A stretch of 60,460 nucleotides of DNA from the IMG/VR virus record IMGVR_UViG_3300032167_002916; one strand, given 5' to 3'. The position numbers were made by a program, and so were the translations under genes. Each line of letters opens with the position of its first letter. The first letter of the stretch is position 1. This DNA is from a virus (Duplodnaviria; Heunggongvirae; Uroviricota; Caudoviricetes). The notes under the pieces are model-generated. The model was given only the letters and a program-made list of their open reading frames with translations, was not told the DNA's origin and did no database searches. This document shows, in pieces, positions 54,344 through 60,460 of this stretch.

Positions 54344-55078
54344 TCAAGCTCCTATCTGCTCCATAATTGTCTTGAATACATCAGTCATATACTCTTCTGG
54401 GATAGGCATGCCATACTCAACTGCCATAATCTCGTCAACAGTGTCCATAGACTGAATGTAGACTCTTAGGTTATTGAAATAGGACTCCTGATAAATCTTC
54501 CACTGAGTCGCCGTACTAGCCACAAGCTGGAAATCTTCTGCCGAGAAGTAACGACACTCTTCGCCATCAGCGTGGTAAGGAACCGCCTCTGCGCCCGACA
54601 GGATCAATGACTGCAAAGACATCAGGTTCAACTGATCTTCCAGCTTCAGGGAGAAGTGGTACTTTACGCCATCAGAAAGAACAACATCGATACCGTTCGT
54701 TATGACTTCACCACAAGTGGCACTCATCTTTTTAATGATAGTCTCCCGAACAAACTCAACGGTTGCATTAGCAGGTATTTCAGGATCTTCCTCGGGCTGA
54801 ATAACCGGTCCTGCGATATCTAAAGCCTTCACGAGGGCTTCATATTCAGTTTCATTGATGTACTCGATGGTCACGATACCAGCAGTGGTGACATTATCTG
54901 GGAACAGATGCCATCCTTCGACCTGATAAATTTCACCAGTACGTTCAGACACAATGCCGTTGGGCTTGTCCTTGGAACCGCATCTCAGAACCAGGCCGGA
55001 TCGCTTGTCGTACTTACAATATCTTAACTCTTTATAAGCATCGATAATTTGTCCATTAAGGACTATTTGTGCAAACAT
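54344..55078 (-). CDS. Tail-associated protein with DUF4376-like C-terminus
   Basis: HFSLKLEDQLNL, YHADGEECRYFS..F; SD GGAGGG supports ATG 55078. Confidence 0.7.
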   Translation of the reverse strand: MFAQIVLNGQIIDAYKELRYCKYDKRSGLVLRCGSKDKPNGIVSERTGEIYQVEGWHLFPDNVTTAGIVTIEYINETEYEALVKALDIAGPVIQPEEDPEIPANATVEFVRETIIKKMSATCGEVITNGIDVVLSDGVKYHFSLKLEDQLNLMSLQSLILSGAEAVPYHADGEECRYFSAEDFQLVASTATQWKIYQESYFNNLRVYIQSMDTVDEIMAVEYGMPIPEEYMTDVFKTIMEQIGA

Positions 55079-56207
55079 TATATTCCCTCCAATCTGAGTT
55101 AAATAGTTCACCAAACAGCTTCTCCATGTTCTTTATCGTGTGCCATGCATTAAAGTTCGACGCATACGCCTTCCAACTTTGCCAACTGGAATACGCATCC
55201 ATCATTGTCATCTTGCCGGTTGCGATAAGCTCTTTGAATTTCTTAATCTTTTTGCGCTGTTTAGTTACGGATCTACGATAGATTTTGCGAACGATCTTGC
55301 CAGAGGGCAGCAAGAAGAATCGCACCTTCAGCCAAGTAAAGCCGTGCGATAGTTTAACAATTTGAGTCTTCTTTTCGTTCAACTTAATATCGAGTCTTCT
55401 GCAAAGAATCTTGATAGCCTGCATACACTTTTGCAGATGTTCTTTGCTGTGGTGGATTAAATATCCATCGTCCATGTATCGTCCATATCCGCGAATCTGA
55501 GCCTTCTCCTTGATATAGTGGTCGAGACGGTTTGCAGACGCCAAGGCGAGAACCTGGCTGATCTGACTTCCGAGTCCCATTCCTACGTCGCCGAAAGCAT
55601 CGATAAAGTGTTCCATAATGGCAATGAGACGCTCGTCAGTGAACTCTTTATGAAGGATTGCCTTTACAAGCTTGTGAGATACTCTATCAAAGAACTTGCT
55701 AAAATCGAATAGGAGGATATAGCCTTCTGTGCCATGCTTACGGTAGTGCTCACGGAGGTGCTGGCAGATACGATTGATAGCAAACGTATATCCCTTATTC
55801 TCCATACTTGCACCATTATCATAAATAAAGGTACGTCCTACCATGGGAACAAGAGCGTAATCGCACAGACAACGCTGCACAACTCTTTCTCCAATAGTAA
55901 CAGATTTGATGTGTCGTTTCTTTCCTCGCTCATAAACGTCGAACTCAATAAAGCCTTTCGTTCTGTATCTGCCGTCCATGAGTTGGTCATAAGTGTGACG
56001 AACATTTAATGGTGCATTGGTGATATACCGCTGCACACTGGCTTTCCAGCCAACGTTACGGCGGCACTTCTTATAAGCTTCGTACAGGTGACGGTACGAA
56101 AATACTTGTTCGTAGTCATCATACTTCGCACAGAGTTCACGCTTGTGAGCGGCTCTCTTTGCCACTCTGCGTTGAAACCTGGCTTCTCTACGTTCTTCAC
56201 TTGTCAT
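55056..56207 (-). CDS. DGR reverse transcriptase
   Basis: KKRHI, ERVVQR, FDFSKFFD, GLGSQISQ, YGRYMDD, K.NEKKT; adjacent TR and avd. Confidence 0.96.
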   Translation of the reverse strand: MTSEERREARFQRRVAKRAAHKRELCAKYDDYEQVFSYRHLYEAYKKCRRNVGWKASVQRYITNAPLNVRHTYDQLMDGRYRTKGFIEFDVYERGKKRHIKSVTIGERVVQRCLCDYALVPMVGRTFIYDNGASMENKGYTFAINRICQHLREHYRKHGTEGYILLFDFSKFFDRVSHKLVKAILHKEFTDERLIAIMEHFIDAFGDVGMGLGSQISQVLALASANRLDHYIKEKAQIRGYGRYMDDGYLIHHSKEHLQKCMQAIKILCRRLDIKLNEKKTQIVKLSHGFTWLKVRFFLLPSGKIVRKIYRRSVTKQRKKIKKFKELIATGKMTMMDAYSSWQSWKAYASNFNAWHTIKNMEKLFGELFNSDWREYNVCTNSP

Positions 56208-56628
56208 ACCGTCACCTTCTTTCTTTTAGAATTGTCCCGTACAGCGATTTGGACGGTTACAGTAGCTGCATAAGACCACCAGCCATGAAACAGAGGATTC
56301 ACCGTCAACCTCTGCCATGCAAGCAGCGTCCGGCTGGGTCTATCGGAAATCGGACACTTTTAATCCGACTGTGGGTATCCACGACAAATATTTACCCATA
56401 CGGGAGGGCCATGCACTCCTTCTCTCCACCATGCACTGATTTCGCCTATATCTGGTTACTTTGTCTGACACGAGAGGAGCCGGGGGCGACGCCATTGTTG
56501 TTGTTGGCGTTGTTGTTGTTGGAGTTGCCGTTGTTGTTGACATTGTTGAAGTTAGTGGAAGAGCCGCTCGCGGGCGAACGCAACCACCAGTTAGAAGCAA
56601 CGAATTTTACAGCGCATAGCCCATATGA
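56208..56628 (-). ncRNA. DGR template RNA region (TR plus structured spacer between avd and RT)
   Basis: Contains the TR and hairpins such as TCGGA/TCCGA and CAGAGG/CCTCTG upstream of the RT start. Confidence 0.7.
56478..56599 (-). repeat. DGR template repeat (TR), 122 bp
   Basis: 16 AAY codons, 34 adenines on the sense strand; aligns ungapped to 57230-57351. Confidence 0.97.
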
Positions 56629-57039
56629 TTACCGGAGCAATTCTCTGTATCGCCCTCGGTCTGCCTTCATGATACCTTTTACTAATTTGATCTCTGTGCT
56701 AATCAGACCACTCCATTCTGTCATAATCGCAGGATCAAAATGAATCATCTCGTAAGCCACCTCAATCTGACTTACAAGATTGTACAATTCAGCATTTGCC
56801 TGAATGAACCAATCACGACGGAGTTGTACCTCATGGGCATTTGTCGGATTGATACTATTTCCTCTCTTGACGCATTCATATACCTTTCTAGCAGAATCTG
56901 CCAGTGGAGTGGCGATAAAGAATGTGTAACGCTTTGGAATCGCATTCACGCATTTGTGAATTGTAAATACTTGGAGCTTCCGAGCCGTTGCCAAAAACTC
57001 AGCTTCGGATTGTCCACGTCTAGAACGAATTACTGCCAT
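56629..57039 (-). CDS. avd: DGR accessory variability determinant (Avd, four-helix bundle)
   Basis: 136 aa, IPKRY.F, RRDWFIQA, W..LI..EIKL..G; position between target gene and TR. Confidence 0.85.
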   Translation of the reverse strand: MAVIRSRRGQSEAEFLATARKLQVFTIHKCVNAIPKRYTFFIATPLADSARKVYECVKRGNSINPTNAHEVQLRRDWFIQANAELYNLVSQIEVAYEMIHFDPAIMTEWSGLISTEIKLVKGIMKADRGRYRELLR

Positions 57040-57150
57040 ATAATCACCTGCCGAAAAACATTATACATCAGAGAATCAGAAAAGGGTAGAAATTTTTACA
57101 AAAAATCGGCCTCCTTACGGCGGCACACTTGGCTTCCGCGTCCACTCACC

Positions 57151-57189
57151 CGATCCCGTAAAGAGGGATCGAGCGGCATAAAGCCGCTC
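57151..57189. promoter_or_regulatory. Tandem hairpins downstream of the VR (DGR target-recognition/cruciform candidate)
   Basis: CGATCCC/GGGATCG and GAGCGGC/GCCGCTC 7-bp stems about 30-70 bp after the target stop. Confidence 0.7.
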
Positions 57190-57218
57190 TCATCCCCCTA
57201 TACGGATAGATGCCTAGA

Positions 57219-60200
57219 TTAAATTGAGAAGCCGGGGGCGACGCCAAAGTTGGCGTTGGCGCCGGTGTAGTTGGAGCCGCCGCCGATGACGACAAAGTTG
57301 AAGTCAGTGGAAGAGCCGCTCGCGGGCGAACGCAACCACCAGTAAGAAGCACTACCAGTACCATTGTACGTTTTCTTGATACGACTGTTATTGTCGGTAT
57401 ACAAGGTGAACGTAACATTTTCTGCATTAGAATCAACTTCACCAGCATACGGAGCTTGGTCAAGGTTAAATCCTACTTCGTTCTGAGACATCAGATACAG
57501 ATAGTCAGCAGAGGAGACAATTTCCGCACTGGACGCACCCTTACTGGACAGAACATTGACTTGCTTAATCAAGCAACGCCAGAACATAGGCAACTCGTTG
57601 TAGAGCGTCTCGTTCAACCAGGTTCTCATGGCAGTGGCAGGCCAGCCTCCGGAGTTCGTATTAGACGAGTTCATCTGTCTGTTAGATGCTAAAATGCCGA
57701 CAGGATACCACGTAGTGGCTGCAAAGTCGCCTGAGCCGTCTGCTAATGTGTGGTGCTTAAATGCATGGAGCTGATAAATCAACTCGGTATCGGCAACCAC
57801 ATCAGTAGACAGGGACATCTTCACCTTATCGCCAACAGAGAGGTATTCCTTAACTGTTTCAACATCAGACAGGACAATAGCAGCAAACTCGGCCTGAGTG
57901 TAAACACTATTGTCTTCTGCGTTATCAGAATAGATATACCATCCGGAAGGAACATAGGCGACACTTGGCAGGATGCACTCCAGGAAGACCGGGTAGCAGT
58001 CCAAATCACAGACGATGTCAGTGGTGTCCTTATCCCATTCGCCCAACCACAGGTACGTCACGTCGCCAGAGGCAGGTCTGGTAAGGTTCAGAGGACCGGG
58101 ATATTCCAAGCTACCATGAGCAGGAGAGGTCAGTGTATACAGGGTTGCACCACCGTAGTTGTGCCAACGGACAGTATACTTTCTGGCAGTCTTGCTATAG
58201 GTAGCGTAAATCTTGATGTCCTCGGAAACGGTAGTTGGCTTGCTGTCCCAACCAGTGTATGTAAATGTATATTCGACGGAGGGTTCCAGATAAGGCTCTT
58301 CGATTTCACCCGTAGAGACAGGATCTTCATAGCGCCAGCCTTCTGCAACTTCCTTTTCGTAAATCAAGGTGGTGCCGTCATTCTGATACCACTGCACAGT
58401 AACAATTGCGAAAGCTTCATACTGTGCAATCAGAGTCATATTGCCGGTAATGGTAGTCGGAGTCTTATCCCATCCAATAAATCTGTAGCCTGTGCGGTCG
58501 ACAGAAGGCTTGGTCGGGGTCTCCATCTTACCTGCGGTAACAGGATCGACCCATGCTTCATCCTTGATGTACATTTCTTCATACAGGACGGTAGAATTAT
58601 CTTCGTCCATGTAGGTGACGGTGAACTCCAGAATGGTGATGTCGCACTCAATCTCCAGCAGAGGCCATGCTTCGGCATAACGAGCCAATTCACTTTCTCT
58701 TGCCTGGTCTAAATGGACATAGCCAGTCAGTACGGAACGCTCAGTATCATTACCAGAGGCGTCCAGACCCATCAGATTGTACAATCTGTTGAGCAACTCA
58801 GTTCCGGTCAGGTTCCAGTTAATGCCGGTCAGACGGACACGAGCGACGTTTGCGGAGCTGTCGGTAATAACATTCGTTTCAATAGAAGGAGAGTCTTCAA
58901 TATTGATTCTGGTAACCTTGTCGTAAGATTCCAAATCGAATTCCTTGACCTGCTTCAGGCTTCTTGCAACAATGGAAGCAATTTCACTACCGCCATGGTA
59001 GGTTTCCAACTTACCACCGTTAGCAAAGCTGACACCAGATACAGCACTACCTTGTCCCAACATTGTGCGCAACTCACGAGAATTGGACACATCGAGAGTG
59101 CCGGTCAGAGCTGTAGTATTTCTAATATCCAGAGTACGCAGCTTCTTACAGCCGCCGATGTCCAGATAGGTCAAGTTAGCGTTCTCATATGTTCCGCCTT
59201 CGCCAACCTCAATAGTTTGACAGTTAGCAAGCTTACTGAAGTCGCAGTAACCAGGGTACATGCGAGACAGGCAAGACATGGAGCTTACGAGCTGAGCACC
59301 TGGAATATAAACTGGCGTATCATTCAGCTTGACATTGCCCTGGTCGAACGTTGCAGACTCACCGGGATTCAGACGAACAGGCTTCTGCAGATCGCCGTCA
59401 TAGTCAACTGTTAGATAGCACTTGTTAAATGCTGTCAGAGTAACTGCACTGGAAGGAGTGTAGCCTTCTGGATATTCGGCAGGAGTGTAACCACGAACGG
59501 TAACCAGATTCTCGCGGTTTGCAGCGGTCTGCCACATAGAAGCGAAATAAGGCTGGTTCTCAATAGCAAACTGTGCGACATGGTCAAGCAGGTTGCCATT
59601 ACACTTAGGCAGATAAGTTGCATTTGCGCTATTCAGTAGTGGGTTCATGTACTTCTTGTGAGCATCATCGCGCCAAAGAGCTTCTGGCACCATAGACACC
59701 CATTCCTTGATCTTGTTCAGACGACGAATGGGGTTCCAAGCACCTGCGGTTTCAGCAGTCTGATAAACGTCTCTCATTCTGTTGTAGAAGTTTGCATTAT
59801 AGAATTCAGAGGTCTTATCATACAGCTTTCTCATATTGACCCACAGCGTATGACGCGCACCATTAAAGACATAACCGCCGCCCAGAATATCGGTATCTTC
59901 CAGACCGTAATCCAGAGTCAGGTCACCAGAGTTGTTGTTGCCCATCTGAGTATCGCCGTCATAAGCAAATACCAGATGCCAGTGCTGACCGTCCTCGGTG
60001 CCATAGAAGGTATTCTTAGCACGGTTATCCGCCATTGTAAACTGGTGAGTCACATGATAATGATATGCAATGCTCTCGAAGATGAAGTAGTCATCAAACT
60101 CCTGCAGGAACTTACCAAGGCGGTAAGCTTCTGTATCGTTAGTATAACCAGTCACTTCATTGCCATCTGCATCTAGAGGCAAAACGGTATAGAACTCACC

Positions 60201-60460
60201 GTCGACTTCGATGGTCTCGGTGTCATAAGCGCAATTCTCAACAACCTTACGGGCGCGACTCTGACTGTCGTATACAGTAACAGCAATACCGTTACTGTCC
60301 AGCTTATACTTTACAACAGCATTGTTTACAACATACATTTCGTCAAGAGGCTCGCCGGTGATCTTATCGGGTTCAGTGCAGGTAGAAGCTACCCAGCGCT
60401 GCATTCTGCGGAAGTTGGACTTCATCAGATCTGTCTCATCGCCATCTGGATACCGGAATG
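57219..60460 (-). CDS. Large tail-fibre/adhesin-like DGR target (5'-partial): CotH-like, LRR-like, Ig-like repeats, C-terminal C-type-lectin fold
   Basis: Frame open to the window edge (FRYPDGDETDL precedes the track's Met); DNRAKN/YDGDT..GNNN motifs; TV.Y...GW repeats; YWWLRSP..GVAPGF end. Confidence 0.85.
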   Translation of the reverse strand, partial: FRYPDGDETDLMKSNFRRMQRWVASTCTEPDKITGEPLDEMYVVNNAVVKYKLDSNGIAVTVYDSQSRARKVVENCAYDTETIEVDGEFYTVLPLDADGNEVTGYTNDTEAYRLGKFLQEFDDYFIFESIAYHYHVTHQFTMADNRAKNTFYGTEDGQHWHLVFAYDGDTQMGNNNSGDLTLDYGLEDTDILGGGYVFNGARHTLWVNMRKLYDKTSEFYNANFYNRMRDVYQTAETAGAWNPIRRLNKIKEWVSMVPEALWRDDAHKKYMNPLLNSANATYLPKCNGNLLDHVAQFAIENQPYFASMWQTAANRENLVTVRGYTPAEYPEGYTPSSAVTLTAFNKCYLTVDYDGDLQKPVRLNPGESATFDQGNVKLNDTPVYIPGAQLVSSMSCLSRMYPGYCDFSKLANCQTIEVGEGGTYENANLTYLDIGGCKKLRTLDIRNTTALTGTLDVSNSRELRTMLGQGSAVSGVSFANGGKLETYHGGSEIASIVARSLKQVKEFDLESYDKVTRINIEDSPSIETNVITDSSANVARVRLTGINWNLTGTELLNRLYNLMGLDASGNDTERSVLTGYVHLDQARESELARYAEAWPLLEIECDITILEFTVTYMDEDNSTVLYEEMYIKDEAWVDPVTAGKMETPTKPSVDRTGYRFIGWDKTPTTITGNMTLIAQYEAFAIVTVQWYQNDGTTLIYEKEVAEGWRYEDPVSTGEIEEPYLEPSVEYTFTYTGWDSKPTTVSEDIKIYATYSKTARKYTVRWHNYGGATLYTLTSPAHGSLEYPGPLNLTRPASGDVTYLWLGEWDKDTTDIVCDLDCYPVFLECILPSVAYVPSGWYIYSDNAEDNSVYTQAEFAAIVLSDVETVKEYLSVGDKVKMSLSTDVVADTELIYQLHAFKHHTLADGSGDFAATTWYPVGILASNRQMNSSNTNSGGWPATAMRTWLNETLYNELPMFWRCLIKQVNVLSSKGASSAEIVSSADYLYLMSQNEVGFNLDQAPYAGEVDSNAENVTFTLYTDNNSRIKKTYNGTGSASYWWLRSPASGSSTDFNFVVIGGGSNYTGANANFGVAPGFSI
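57230..57351 (-). repeat. DGR variable repeat (VR) in the 3' end of the target gene
   Basis: 19 mismatches to TR, all at TR adenines; ends in GC-rich GGCGTCGCCCCCGGC then diverges (IMH vs IMH*). Confidence 0.97.

Noticed and set aside
56495-56550. (TTG)n run as a microsatellite or CRISPR repeat
   Set aside because: It is the AAC-rich DGR template repeat on the minus strand.
355-60176. Numerous opposite-strand or nested ORFs in the track (for example 355-789, 3131-3682, 51970-52605, 57750-58712)
   Set aside because: They are shadows of motif-bearing genes, lack SD sequences and show no recognisable domains.
190-60460. Stop-codon reassignment
   Set aside because: Genes tile densely and conserved proteins are full length in the standard code; the Leu tRNA anticodon TAG reads CTA and is not a suppressor.

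Overview
A 60-kb slice of a large temperate phage or prophage-type genome. The host is probably an anaerobic Firmicute (Clostridia-like), inferred from strong Shine-Dalgarno use, sigmaA-type promoters, NrdD/NrdG, an HPr-like protein and a holin/endolysin module without spanins. Bases 1-44.8 kb read on the + strand: nicotinamidase, an ABC/PspA/SBP-OmpA envelope operon, four tRNAs with an HNH gene, an array of about 40 small ORFs, RNA repair genes (Thg1, Pth2, RNA ligase, phosphoesterase, IscS), a MazF/recombinase-fold cassette, a full replisome (ERF, SSB, nuclease, DnaB, primase, DnaE) and nucleotide metabolism genes. Bases 44.8-60.5 kb read on the - strand: a tail-type adhesin diversified by a complete DGR (Avd, TR, RT; 19 TR/VR mismatches, all at template adenines), a lysis module and a four-gene Tn7-like tnsA-tnsB-tnsC-tniQ operon. 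The most striking observation is that this Tn7-like operon sits where a temperate phage keeps its integrase. It has no room for a transposon end after tniQ and has a repeat-rich inverted junction upstream of tnsA. This suggests the whole phage may integrate as a giant Tn7-like transposon, which is an inference and untested. Other highlights: a ~390-nt unassigned structured RNA, a promoter-terminator-bounded sRNA beside the tns junction, non-AUG starts (dnaE ATA) and terminase-like fragments in the replication module. All family assignments come from motifs read by eye; no database search was run.
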